Shown here: positions 18,939-28,850 of the stretch, one piece after another
How positions within the stretch are numbered: position 1 is the first letter of the stretch
Layout: every line of letters begins with the position of its first letter
Assembly: GCA_043813075.1 (NCBI GenBank)
Contig: JBDRLL010000001.1
Location: forward strand, 1 to 50,342
Direction: 5' to 3'
DNA from: Candidatus Altiarchaeota archaeon
GTDB taxonomy: Archaea; Altiarchaeota; Altiarchaeia; IMC4; SCGC-AAA252-I15
Length of the DNA stretch: 50,342 bases
Notes under the pieces: generated by a model
The model's database searches: none
Told to the model about the DNA's origin: nothing
What the model saw: only the letters and a program-made list of their open reading frames with translations
Translations under genes and position numbers: made by a program

Positions 18939-21632
18939 ATGAAGAAGAAGTGCAGAGGACTGGTGTTCACGGCGGCGGTAGTGCTATTGATAATACCCCT
19001 CATACTGCTGATAGCATACTATTCGACCATGGAGAAGACCAAGAGCGAGGACACCATAGGGAAGATAAGATGCGACGAACTCCACTTCTTTGTCGAGGAC
19101 CTGAAGGAGGACATGAGGCGCGCTATGGTGATATTCGGCAGGAGGGCTGCGATATACGCGATAGACGACGTCGTCACCACGGGAAATACCCTGGGGGAAT
19201 ACACGTTCAACTGCAGCAGCGCATGCAAGCTGGACTGCGACAGATTCAGGTTCAACGACAACGGAACGGAAGCCGCAATAGCGGAACTCTCCATATGCGG
19301 GACGCTGAGGGGGGAGAACATAACGTACATGATAAACCACACGCTCTCCCAGTGGATAAACCGTGTGGAAGAGCAGGGGAGTAGCATGAGGTTCAACCTG
19401 TCGGTAGACGTGAGGGACATAAGAGTAGTCCCATACGATGCGTGGAACTTCGCCTCCATAGTGAACCTGACGCTCGACGCCTACGACCAGGCCAACATGT
19501 GCTATTATATAGGCACCGACATCACGACGACGTCATACACCTCGATACTCGGGCTGGAAGACGTGCTATACCCGATAAACACCGACTCCTTCGTAGTCAA
19601 ATACATTGAAAACTGCACCACCACCATCTATGACGACGCCGTGGCAGGATGCAGCCTCTCAGACTACGGCGAAGGCGTGGGGACAGGCAACATCATATTC
19701 CACTCCAACATAACAGACGACTATGCGGGAGGACTCAGCGACTACTGCGTCAACCAGGACCCGGACGTTATCAACGAACAGGTCCTGGTGCTGGACAAGG
19801 GCTTCGGAGGCTGCAACCAGTACGAAGAGCAAGTATGCTTCAACGCAAGCGACGAACACCATTTCGCTGGAGTCATAAACTACGGACCCAACGACCCGCA
19901 GAGCTTCGCCAACAAGTGCAACATAACGATACCATGGATCTCCCACACCTGCAAGATGGACGATGAGACCAAGTTCGGTCCCGGCGGCGGATGCAGCCGT
20001 CCGGAAGGATGCGATGAAGGCAACATATCGACCGGAACATGCGTCACGATAAAGAACAACGAGGAGTGCAACCTGCACCAGGTGCTGATGGGAGTCTCCA
20101 GCGAGGTCATAAACACGACATGCTACCACGTGAGCAACGCAAGCCTCTACGGAGGTGTTGACGGGCCCAGCTTCTTCGACCGCATCGACGGGAGATACAA
20201 CCTTAGCGAGAGGTACGTGAACCAGTCGCAGGAATACTTCAACAACACCATGATAGGGTTTGAAACCCTTGTCAGCCCCTACGTGCTGGACGCCCACGGA
20301 ATCACGCCCAAGACGAACGCCACGTGGATAGGCTACCTCTACTGGCAGGGCATCGAAGGATGCAGGGTCCACAGCACCTGCCTGATGGACGACTACGCAC
20401 TGATGCTGGATGGACCTCACGCAGGGTACTTCTACGTGGACACTCAGTGCGAGAACATAACGAACTGCCTGACGCCAGACCCCGAAGAGTGCGGGAACTG
20501 CGTGAACGAGGATGAGGACTTTTTCGTCGACTGGCTGGATCCGGACTGCGAGACAGCGTTCGAAGGCTGCGGGGAGGTTATGTTCTGCGACCCGGAGGAC
20601 ACTGGACACTGCAGCACCTGCGACAACCCACTCCCACCACTACTCCAGGGCAACGACACGGCGGAATGCCCTTACTACGGATTCAACACAACCGAATGGC
20701 ACTTCTACAGGTACAGTCCGGGCATGAGCGGCCTGCTAACCCTGGAATTCATGGGTAACGCGGGTGTTGGAGGAGTCTTTGAGACTGACATGGTGATATA
20801 CAACTACTCCATCGACGGGGACACGTGCACTAACAGGCATCTTATCAACAACCTGGAGCCCTCAACCTCGGAAAGCATGTGCGTGCTCGGGGGCGGCGAG
20901 TACATGATAGGCGTTGACGTTGACGCATCATCCTGCTCGGACTCAGACATCGGGAACTACACGCTAAAGACGTGGATAACGGAGGATGTGGCCTGTCCGT
21001 CAGCATCCACGACCACTTCCACGGCCACGACAAGCACCATGACGTCTTCGACAGACACCACTTCAACCTCCAGCACCACAACAACATTGTGCGGGTTCTA
21101 CGACGACTTCGAGGACACCGGATACAGCAGCACCATGTGGAGCCATGGTGACGTGTACGACTCTAGCGACGACTGGGCTCTCGGAAACCCGAGCTACCAC
21201 AACTGTTACAGCACGACAAACTGCTATGGCACTGACATAACCGGCAGCCTGAGCGGGGCGCAACAGTACTCCAACAGGAAGGATGAGTGGCTTATGACCC
21301 CTGAGCTGAACCTGACCGTGGCGACGAACGCGAAGGCGACTTTCATGCTCAAATACGACATACACCACACTTGCGCGGGCAGTTGGTGCCACGACTACGC
21401 GATAATGCAGGTCTCGGACGACCAGAACACGTGGACGACAATCGACAGCGAATGCACTAGCTCCAGCTACTGCAATCCGTGGCGCGACTACTGGTGGGGC
21501 TGGCACCAGGACGAAGTAGACTTGAGCCCTTACGACGGGCAGATCATATGGCTGAGATTCCTACTGCACACCGACAACAACTTCAGGAGACCGGGACTCT
21601 ACATCGATGATTTCAACGTATCCTGCCACTAG
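18939..21632 (+). CDS. Large Cys-rich pilin-like surface protein
   Basis: KKKCRG/LVFT plus hydrophobic helix. More than 40 Cys by manual count, a Thr/Ser linker and a C-terminal jelly-roll-like domain (FYDDFE...WLMTPELNL...GLYIDD). Confidence 0.78.
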   Translation: MKKKCRGLVFTAAVVLLIIPLILLIAYYSTMEKTKSEDTIGKIRCDELHFFVEDLKEDMRRAMVIFGRRAAIYAIDDVVTTGNTLGEYTFNCSSACKLDCDRFRFNDNGTEAAIAELSICGTLRGENITYMINHTLSQWINRVEEQGSSMRFNLSVDVRDIRVVPYDAWNFASIVNLTLDAYDQANMCYYIGTDITTTSYTSILGLEDVLYPINTDSFVVKYIENCTTTIYDDAVAGCSLSDYGEGVGTGNIIFHSNITDDYAGGLSDYCVNQDPDVINEQVLVLDKGFGGCNQYEEQVCFNASDEHHFAGVINYGPNDPQSFANKCNITIPWISHTCKMDDETKFGPGGGCSRPEGCDEGNISTGTCVTIKNNEECNLHQVLMGVSSEVINTTCYHVSNASLYGGVDGPSFFDRIDGRYNLSERYVNQSQEYFNNTMIGFETLVSPYVLDAHGITPKTNATWIGYLYWQGIEGCRVHSTCLMDDYALMLDGPHAGYFYVDTQCENITNCLTPDPEECGNCVNEDEDFFVDWLDPDCETAFEGCGEVMFCDPEDTGHCSTCDNPLPPLLQGNDTAECPYYGFNTTEWHFYRYSPGMSGLLTLEFMGNAGVGGVFETDMVIYNYSIDGDTCTNRHLINNLEPSTSESMCVLGGGEYMIGVDVDASSCSDSDIGNYTLKTWITEDVACPSASTTTSTATTSTMTSSTDTTSTSSTTTTLCGFYDDFEDTGYSSTMWSHGDVYDSSDDWALGNPSYHNCYSTTNCYGTDITGSLSGAQQYSNRKDEWLMTPELNLTVATNAKATFMLKYDIHHTCAGSWCHDYAIMQVSDDQNTWTTIDSECTSSSYCNPWRDYWWGWHQDEVDLSPYDGQIIWLRFLLHTDNNFRRPGLYIDDFNVSCH

Positions 21633-21691
21633 AAGACCATCTTTTATACAAGACGGCTTAATCTATTATGGTGTAATATACCCCACGCAAA

Positions 21692-23059
21692 ATGGATGAA
21701 ACAGACCAGCAGGAAGTGCCTGTGAAGACAAGCATCGACTCGGAAAGGATAAAATCCATAATAAAAATCCTAGGTAAAACAGGCAGCGCAAGCGAGGGCG
21801 AGATAGTGAAGTCACTGGGCCTTAGGAGGGAGGACTCCGAGAGATACCTGAAACTGCTGGAAGGAAGGGGGGTGATACAGGTAAAAAAGAGGATGCTGAG
21901 GGACCCGGAGATCATACTCCTTAAAAAACCGTCAAAACCATCCTCCGAAGTTAGGAAGGAAGTCAAGGTCGAGATTCCGGGGGAAGCCGGAGGCCAGGAG
22001 ACTGGAGCAAAGGGTAAGTATGCTGACGGCGAAAAACTTGTTCCAGAGACAGAAGAGGAATTCCGGCAGGTGTGCAACAAGCTGAGGACAGATTTCATAG
22101 GCCTTATGAGACTATGGTGTGAGGTGGATGACCAGTCGTATACCGCAGGGCTTCTCGCATACAAGGGGAACATTATCGCCGCGACATTCGAACACCTTGA
22201 CGAGGCGAAAGTCCTCTACGGGCAGGAGGCCATGGATAGCATATCAGAAAAGTTCATTGGGACTAAGGGCAGCATCGACATATACACTCTGAGCGAGGAG
22301 TCGCTGGAGTCCGCGCTCGACGAGGAGGGTGCGGTCCTTGAAAACCCGGTCAAACTGAGCAGCCTGAGGATAAAGATAAAGACCAGGCTGAAGACGACTC
22401 ACGCAGCCGAATGCTCTGCCGGCGAAGGGACGCCAGCCGGACCCGACGACTTCAAGTCCGAGAGATACGAGATGATGGACGGGCAGAGGGACGGGAGGAT
22501 AGGGAAGCTTAGCCTGGGCGTGAACTTCAGCCTAGTGGACTTCGCGAGAAACCTGGGCGGCCTTGACCCGCTGAAGGCCCAGCGATTCAAGGAGCTGAGG
22601 GATAGGAGAATCCAGTCTGAAGGCGATGTGGAAGTGGAGTCTGAGGAGCTGAAGGCCAGCAGGCTGGAGGAGCTGAAGGCCAGCCGAGCCGGAAGGCTTA
22701 AGCTGGGCGACGTTTTGAGCAGGTTCGGCATGGGTGAGACCAGTGGGGACGCGATTAAGGCCAGGAAGATAGCCATAGAGTCCGCGGCTAAGACGAAGGT
22801 AAGCGGCAGTGGAGAGGATAAGAGGCCTGTAAAGAAGGTTGTCGCGGGTGTTAAGGTGGAGACCAAGATAGACAAGCTCTATGAATTGGTCGAGAAATAC
22901 GGGAAGTTAAAGATAAATGAGGCTTTGATTAATACATTAAAGGTAAGCAAGACCCAGATCGAGGAGTGGGCTATGATACTGGAGGAGCACAACCTCATTG
23001 AAGTGAGGTACCCCACTATCGGAGAGCCGGAGTTGATAAAGAAGAAGGTCGAGGAGTAA
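21692..23059 (+). CDS. DUF2226-like cytoplasmic protein flanked by winged-helix-like domains
   Basis: Central GNIIAATFE..YGQEA..IDIYTL resembles DUF2226. N-terminal SEGEIVKSLG..YLKLLEGRGVI and C-terminal IEEWAMILEEHNLI are wHTH-like. Confidence 0.6.
   Translation: MDETDQQEVPVKTSIDSERIKSIIKILGKTGSASEGEIVKSLGLRREDSERYLKLLEGRGVIQVKKRMLRDPEIILLKKPSKPSSEVRKEVKVEIPGEAGGQETGAKGKYADGEKLVPETEEEFRQVCNKLRTDFIGLMRLWCEVDDQSYTAGLLAYKGNIIAATFEHLDEAKVLYGQEAMDSISEKFIGTKGSIDIYTLSEESLESALDEEGAVLENPVKLSSLRIKIKTRLKTTHAAECSAGEGTPAGPDDFKSERYEMMDGQRDGRIGKLSLGVNFSLVDFARNLGGLDPLKAQRFKELRDRRIQSEGDVEVESEELKASRLEELKASRAGRLKLGDVLSRFGMGETSGDAIKARKIAIESAAKTKVSGSGEDKRPVKKVVAGVKVETKIDKLYELVEKYGKLKINEALINTLKVSKTQIEEWAMILEEHNLIEVRYPTIGEPELIKKKVEE
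22643..22684 (+). repeat. Intragenic 18-bp exact repeat with 24-bp period (EELKAS x2)
   Basis: gaggagctgaaggccagc at 22643-22660 and 22667-22684. Confidence 0.85.
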
Positions 23060-23060
23060 G

Positions 23061-24599
23061 ATGGATGAAGACAAGAAAACCGGAGGAGAAGAGGAGATTT
23101 TAGAGACCTATGAGGTGGAGTCTGAAGACATAAAAGTGACGATCCAGATAGTGAAGAAGGATTTCACGCCGTCCTACAAGATGGTGCTCCCTGAGGTGGA
23201 TGTGGCAACACTCGCCCTGCTGGACGATATAAAGGAGAGGCTTATAACAGGGATAGAAGTCACGACAAGCGACATATTCGAGTCTTCTATGATGAACCAG
23301 CTGAAGGAGGACTTCAAGAAGAACGCGGACGCCATACTCGACCAGGAACTCCCGGAGCTTAGCGGGGACATTAAAAAGCACTTCATACTCGGGCTGATAC
23401 ACGAGCTACTAGGACTAGATGAGGTGGAGTTCTTCCTGAACGACCAGAACATAGAGGAGATAGTCATGAACTCTGCCAAGGAGCCGGTCAGGGTTTTCCA
23501 CAAGAAGTACGGGTGGCTTGACACGAACATCAAACCCCAGTCCGAGGCTAAGATACAGAACTGGGCGAACACCATAGCCCGGAGGATAGGGCGGGAGATA
23601 ACGACGTTGAACCCGCTGTTGGACGCGCACTTGATGAGCAAGGACCGTGCGAACGCCATACTGACGCCCATATCCACGAAGGGGAATACGATAACCATAA
23701 GGAAGTTCGCGAGGGACCCGTGGACCTGCACTGACTTCATAAAAAACAAGACCGCTTCAGCGGAGGTTCTCGCGCTGATATGGCTGATGATACAGTACGA
23801 GATGAACATCATAGTGTCTGGCGGAACAGGGAGCGGGAAGACAAGCTTCCTCAACATCATAATGCCGTTCATACAGCCTAACCAGCGTATAATCAGCATC
23901 GAGGACACGAGGGAGCTGCAGCTGCCAGGATTCCTCTACTGGTGCCCTCTGACCACCAGGGAACCCAACCCGGAAGGCAAGGGCGAGGTGAGCATGCTGC
24001 ACCTGCTGATAAACTCGCTGAGGATGAGGCCGGACAGGATAGTCATGGGTGAGATAAGGAAGAAGCGGGAGGCTGAGGTACTGTTTGAGGCCATGCACAC
24101 CGGGCACAGCGTATACTGTACCATTCACGCGGACACGTGCGAGCAGACGATAACTAGGATCACGAATCCGCCCATAGACGTGCCCCACACCATGCTTGAG
24201 GCGGTTCACTTGAACGTAGTCATGTTCAGGGACAGGAGGCGTGGTTTGAGGCGTATATTCGAGGTGGGCGAGTTCATTACTGACGAGGAGAGGAGGAACT
24301 CCGGGGTCATAAAATACAAGCCCAACCTGATATACAAGTGGGATGCGAGAGACGATGAGATAAGGCCTAACGTCGAGCCCATACGCCTGTTCACGGAATT
24401 GTACAGGCATACGGGGCTTATGAAGAGCGAGGTCATAGAGGACTTGAGGATAAAGGAGGGCGTGTTGAACTGGATGGTGGAGCACAACATACGCAGGATA
24501 GACGAGGTCGGCAAGATAATGAGGAGGTATTATGTCGACCAGAAGACGGTCATAGACGTCACACAGAACAACAAGGACCCGAAGGAGATATTAGGTTAG
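23061..24599 (+). CDS. Type IV pilus / type II secretion assembly ATPase (VirB11/TadA/FlaI family)
   Basis: Walker A GGTGSGKT, Asp box IEDTRE, LRMRPDRIVMGEIR, His box HTGHSVYCTIHA. Confidence 0.95.
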   Translation: MDEDKKTGGEEEILETYEVESEDIKVTIQIVKKDFTPSYKMVLPEVDVATLALLDDIKERLITGIEVTTSDIFESSMMNQLKEDFKKNADAILDQELPELSGDIKKHFILGLIHELLGLDEVEFFLNDQNIEEIVMNSAKEPVRVFHKKYGWLDTNIKPQSEAKIQNWANTIARRIGREITTLNPLLDAHLMSKDRANAILTPISTKGNTITIRKFARDPWTCTDFIKNKTASAEVLALIWLMIQYEMNIIVSGGTGSGKTSFLNIIMPFIQPNQRIISIEDTRELQLPGFLYWCPLTTREPNPEGKGEVSMLHLLINSLRMRPDRIVMGEIRKKREAEVLFEAMHTGHSVYCTIHADTCEQTITRITNPPIDVPHTMLEAVHLNVVMFRDRRRGLRRIFEVGEFITDEERRNSGVIKYKPNLIYKWDARDDEIRPNVEPIRLFTELYRHTGLMKSEVIEDLRIKEGVLNWMVEHNIRRIDEVGKIMRRYYVDQKTVIDVTQNNKDPKEILG

Positions 24600-24601
24600 G
24601 C

Positions 24602-25327
24602 TTATTTCACCATTATGCCATTGGGCCCGAACTCCATGGGATGGCTTCCGGCCTGTATCTTGGTCTGCCTCAGTTTCTCGACGGTTATCGAACGTATCAC
24701 GTCCTTGCCCATGAGCACCTTCTTCATCACTATTAGCCCGTCACAGACGAATTCGCTGACCTCGTCCCGCGTAAGCTTGTTGGACTCGGTCTGCTCGGTG
24801 ATGAGTAGTGTTGTCACACCCAACGCCTTTATCTTGCCCATGACATGGTAGATGGTCTGGCTCCTGAGCTGCTCAGGGTCCAGTGGTAGGCGTGAGTGCA
24901 GGTCGACGCTGAGATCCATCAAGCGTATGTGCTCTGGATCCTCGAGTATGTTCGTGTACACGCTCAGCACGCTGAGACTGTCTATGACCATCCTCTTAGC
25001 GCCCTTCGCGACGACCTCGTCCTTGAGGTAGTTCATGAAGCTCTGTATGTCCTTGTGCTTTATGGACAGGAGTGAGAAAAGCTTCTCGTTCCTTATGTCG
25101 TGCCAGCCGAACTGTTCGGCCTGCTCTATTATCTCCTCCTTGAACTGCTCGAAACTTACGTATATTCCGGCCTCACCCTTCTTGACTCCCTCATATATGA
25201 ACTGGAGGCCGAATATGGTCTTTCCTGTTCCAGGTGCTCCCGCCACCAGTATGTTGAATCCGTCGGGTATGCCGCCCTCAACCAGTGAGTCAAGGCCGGT
25301 TATTCCAGTAGGCACTCTTTCAGTCAT
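24602..25327 (-). CDS. Single-domain KaiC/RAD55/FlaH-family ATPase
   Basis: RVPTGITGLDSLVEGG, GAPGTGKT, YVSFE, RMVIDS, FVCDGLI, VEKLR. Start set at MTERV. Confidence 0.92.
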   Translation of the reverse strand: MTERVPTGITGLDSLVEGGIPDGFNILVAGAPGTGKTIFGLQFIYEGVKKGEAGIYVSFEQFKEEIIEQAEQFGWHDIRNEKLFSLLSIKHKDIQSFMNYLKDEVVAKGAKRMVIDSLSVLSVYTNILEDPEHIRLMDLSVDLHSRLPLDPEQLRSQTIYHVMGKIKALGVTTLLITEQTESNKLTRDEVSEFVCDGLIVMKKVLMGKDVIRSITVEKLRQTKIQAGSHPMEFGPNGIMVK

Positions 25328-25410
25328 CTTAGCAGGTAGGTAATATATGTGCGGGGTCGAATAAAAACAAGGGGATAATGCTATTAAATCAGTAAACACA
25401 TTCTATTTTA

Positions 25411-26307
25411 ATGCAAAAGGAGCTGGGTTTTCTTAAGCAGGGGTTCATAAGGAGCGCGTCCCACCTGTTCATAGGAGTAGGGGATGTCTTAACCCATGTC
25501 TTCACGCATACAAAGCTGACGCTCACCCAGTCAGGCATTAAGGAGCAGTACAATCTCGCCGCCAGAGAGTACCTGGCCATATGCTTCACGACAGGACTTC
25601 TTGTAGGATTGTCTATCGGCGGTTTCACGACACTTGCCATATACCTTGGGGATGGGAAGGATCCGCAGATAGGCGCGTTAACGGGAGGCATGGTGGGATT
25701 CGTGATATTCTTCTACCTGACGATGTACCCCAAGTCTATTGTAAGCAAGAGGAACAAGTATATAGAGAGGAACCTTCTGTTCGCGCTTAGGAGCCTGCTC
25801 GTGCAGATACGGTCTGGAGTCCCCATATTCAATGCCATGGCTTCCATAGCCTTAGGCAACTACGGGCCCATCTCTGAGGAGTTCAGGAACGTGGTGGAGA
25901 AGGTGAATGCCGGGCAGCCGATGGTGGACTCCCTCGAGTCCCTCGCCCTCAGGAATCCTTCCATATATTTTAGGAGGGCTTTATGGCAGCTCGTGAACAG
26001 CCTGAAGTCCGGCAGCGACGTGGGCGAGAACCTGGAGGAGGTCATAAGATCCCTTTCAAAGGAGCAGCTGGTTGAGATAGGCAGATACAAGTCCGTGCTG
26101 AACCCCATAGCCATGATGTACATGATGGTGGCGGTCATAATACCCTCACTGGGGATAACCATGCTCATCATACTATCGTCTTTCCCGGGGATGGAGATGA
26201 TAGGGAAGGAGAGTACGTTCTGGATGCTCCTCGCAGGCATCCTAGTGCTCCAGTTCATATTCCTCGGGCTTATAAAATCAAAGAGGCCGAATCTGATAGG
26301 AGGTTAA
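25411..26307 (+). CDS. Type IV pilus membrane platform protein (TadB/TadC/FlaJ, T2SSF domain)
   Basis: IERNLLFALR..IRSG, YGPISEEF, LVNSLKSG and several TM helices. Confidence 0.9.
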   Translation: MQKELGFLKQGFIRSASHLFIGVGDVLTHVFTHTKLTLTQSGIKEQYNLAAREYLAICFTTGLLVGLSIGGFTTLAIYLGDGKDPQIGALTGGMVGFVIFFYLTMYPKSIVSKRNKYIERNLLFALRSLLVQIRSGVPIFNAMASIALGNYGPISEEFRNVVEKVNAGQPMVDSLESLALRNPSIYFRRALWQLVNSLKSGSDVGENLEEVIRSLSKEQLVEIGRYKSVLNPIAMMYMMVAVIIPSLGITMLIILSSFPGMEMIGKESTFWMLLAGILVLQFIFLGLIKSKRPNLIGG

Positions 26308-26308
26308 A

Positions 26309-27298
26309 GTGAGTTTCATAACATTCATCGCGAGGATAATGCCCAAACCCTTGAAGGACAAGTACGCGAAGATGGTGCATTACTCGACTATAAAGACGGA
26401 TCCGGACAAGTTCATAGGCGGGGCGATAACAGTCGGGCTCATGCTATCATTCATAATCACAATGGTTTTGGGGAGATATGGCCTCGGGAAATGGCCTCTC
26501 CCAGTGTTCCTGGCGTCCTTCATACTGGTGGAGTTCGCTGGATACATAATAGTCTCGCTTTCAGCCAACTCCAAGGCCAGGCAGGTGGAGGAGGCGCTTC
26601 CGGACGCCCTGCAGCTGATGGGCTCAAACATCAGGGCGGGTTTGACCACAGACAAGGCGCTTTTGATGGCAGCCAGGCCGGAGTTCGGGGCTCTTGAGGA
26701 GGAGATAAGGCGGATCGGGAAGGAGACTATGGCTGGCAAGAGCCTTGTGGACGCGTTGGATAGGATGTCTGACAACATAAACTCCAAGGACCTTGAGAGG
26801 ACCATAGAGTTGATAGTCCACAGCATCAAGTCTGGCGGCCAGCTCGCGGACCTGTTGGACAAGACCGCGAGCGACATAAGGGACCAGCAGATAATCAAGA
26901 AGGAGATTAGCGCGAGCGTGCTGATGTATGTCATGTTCATATTCATAGCCTTGGGTATCGGAGCGCCAGCATTGTTCGCGATGTCCTCCTTCCTGGTCAA
27001 GCTCTTGACGCAAAACATGAAGATGATAGCGGATGAGATGCCGTCCAACTTTGACGCCATGGGCGGGGCGCCCATAAGCCCAGGCTCCATATCGATAACC
27101 CCGGAGTTCATCAGCCAGTACTCGTACCTGTCGATGGCAGTGTCCTGCATATTCGGCTCCATGGTCATAGGCCTGATCCTGAGGGGTGAGGAGAAGGAGG
27201 GCCTCAAGTACATCCCAATCCTCATTGGATTGTGTTTCGGATTGTTCTATGTGGGGAATCTCATTTTGGAGATGTCTTTAGGCAGCATGATGATGTGA
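26309..27298 (+). CDS. Type IV pilus membrane platform protein (TadB/TadC, T2SSF domain)
   Basis: VEEALPDALQLMGSNIRAG, EFGALEEE, SIKSGGQLADLL and several TM helices. Confidence 0.92.
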   Translation: MSFITFIARIMPKPLKDKYAKMVHYSTIKTDPDKFIGGAITVGLMLSFIITMVLGRYGLGKWPLPVFLASFILVEFAGYIIVSLSANSKARQVEEALPDALQLMGSNIRAGLTTDKALLMAARPEFGALEEEIRRIGKETMAGKSLVDALDRMSDNINSKDLERTIELIVHSIKSGGQLADLLDKTASDIRDQQIIKKEISASVLMYVMFIFIALGIGAPALFAMSSFLVKLLTQNMKMIADEMPSNFDAMGGAPISPGSISITPEFISQYSYLSMAVSCIFGSMVIGLILRGEEKEGLKYIPILIGLCFGLFYVGNLILEMSLGSMMM

Positions 27299-27299
27299 C

Positions 27300-27998
27300 A
27301 TGAGGCTTAGCGTTGTCATCCCCACATTGAATGAGGAGGCTTATATCGGCAAGTGCATTAAGAGCATCCGGACTCAGACGCGGCAGGCGGATGAGGTCAT
27401 AGTCGTCGACTCTGGGAGTAGTGATGATACTGTGGCCATCGCCAGGGGGATGGGTGCCATCGTCGTTGAGGGCAGGCGGAGCATACCTTTTAACAGGCAG
27501 AGGGGCGTTGAGGTGGCTGCAGGTGATGTTGTCGTGACCACTGACGCGGACTGCATCCACTCGCGCGACTGGCTTGAGAGGATTGAAAGGCACTTCGTCG
27601 ACGCGGGGGTTGTGTTTGTGACAGGGATTACCGAGCCCATGCCTGGAGAGTCTTCGGTGATGGATAGGGCATGCTATTTCATAGGGAACTCTGTGATGAA
27701 CGTGCTTCACTGGTTTGGGGAGGAGTGGTCCCGCGGCAGCAACAGCGCGTATAGAAGGAGTGTGATGCTTGAGGCGGGCGGCTATGACACTCGGCTGCTG
27801 GCGAGGGAGGATTCCGACCTCTCGAAGAGGATGAGCGGGAGGGGCAGGTTCGTGTTTGACTGGAGCATAATAGTGTACACGTCCATGAGGCGGAGGGAGT
27901 CAATGGGCTGGGTGAAGACTGTGAGGTATTATATAGACACTCCCATCCATTTCCTGACGAAGAAGACTTATTACAGGAGGGTTGATGATGGAATGTAG
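27300..27998 (+). CDS. GT2 glycosyltransferase
   Basis: [37 protein letters not shown]. Confidence 0.92.
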   Translation: MRLSVVIPTLNEEAYIGKCIKSIRTQTRQADEVIVVDSGSSDDTVAIARGMGAIVVEGRRSIPFNRQRGVEVAAGDVVVTTDADCIHSRDWLERIERHFVDAGVVFVTGITEPMPGESSVMDRACYFIGNSVMNVLHWFGEEWSRGSNSAYRRSVMLEAGGYDTRLLAREDSDLSKRMSGRGRFVFDWSIIVYTSMRRRESMGWVKTVRYYIDTPIHFLTKKTYYRRVDDGM

Positions 27999-28179
27999 GA
28001 GGGATGCAAATAGGGGGAGGTGCAATTGCACTTACGAGCCGTGCAGTAGGAAGGGCGTCTGCTGCGAGTGCATCAAGTATCATCTGGCGAACAGGGAGCT
28101 TCCTGCATGCTGCTTCCCAGATGACGTCGAGAGAACGTATGACCGCAGCTTTGAGAGGTTCGCGAGTCTAATGAGATAA
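27988..28179 (+). CDS. Small Cys-rich protein (DUF6485-like)
   Basis: [21 protein letters not shown]...LPAC..P...TYDRS. Confidence 0.75.
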   Translation: MECRRDANRGRCNCTYEPCSRKGVCCECIKYHLANRELPACCFPDDVERTYDRSFERFASLMR

Positions 28180-28181
28180 AA

Positions 28182-28850
28182 ATGAGGTTTTGGTGGTTTC
28201 TCGTATTCATGGTCTTGGCGACCGCATCCGCGTCAGCGGAGACTGAAGCGGTGAGACTCTACTTCTTCTACGGCAACGACTGCCACATATGCGGTGAATT
28301 CAAGCCGGTGATAGAGGCGGCACAGGAAAAACATCCGGAACTTGATGCGGTGATGCTTGAAGTCCAGTACAACAAGACCAACAACCAGCTGCTTGACGAC
28401 ATGGCCGAAGCTTACGGCAGGAAAATCGACTTCGTGCCCGCCGCATTCATAGGAGACCAGGTCATCGAAGGCTACGTGGCAGGGCACACTGAGAAGAGGC
28501 TGGAGGACATAATAGCGGACTGCATAGAAAACGGGTGCGTGGATCCCATGGACATGACTACCGAATCTGAGACTACTGTGACAACAACACTGGAGGCAAC
28601 GCCGGACAATACTGGGGAGGTCATCACGACCACGACAGAGGCGGCCGGGAAAAACGAGAGCATACTCTGCCCAATAGACTCGCCCTGCGGGAACCAGACG
28701 GTCATGACAACTACCACGACCACAACGATCACAGGGTTCGCAGGTAATGACGAGCCGGAGGGTACGTCCATTCTAATCATTCTCGCAGTGATGGTAACTG
28801 TGGCTGCGGCAGTCGTTTTTATACTAAAAGCACATAATTTGAGGCAATGA
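28182..28850 (+). CDS. Exported membrane-anchored thioredoxin/glutaredoxin-like protein
   Basis: Signal peptide, FFYGNDCHIC (CxxC), VP cis-Pro motif, Thr-rich stalk, C-terminal TM helix. Confidence 0.8.
   Translation: MRFWWFLVFMVLATASASAETEAVRLYFFYGNDCHICGEFKPVIEAAQEKHPELDAVMLEVQYNKTNNQLLDDMAEAYGRKIDFVPAAFIGDQVIEGYVAGHTEKRLEDIIADCIENGCVDPMDMTTESETTVTTTLEATPDNTGEVITTTTEAAGKNESILCPIDSPCGNQTVMTTTTTTTITGFAGNDEPEGTSILIILAVMVTVAAAVVFILKAHNLRQ

Noticed and set aside
24602-25327. Circadian clock KaiC or RadA recombinase
   Set aside because: Single domain, no kaiA/kaiB, no Ser-Thr phosphosites and no RadA N-terminal HhH domain.
19659-26258. Long antisense ORFs (e.g. 19659-20609, 23174-23908, 23757-24485)
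   Set aside because: They are shadow frames of well-supported genes, expected from codon bias, and carry no motifs.
14654-27298. Archaellum (flagellar) operon
   Set aside because: No recognisable FlaB archaellins or FlaF/FlaG. The split TadB/C pair and vWA pilin indicate a pilus.
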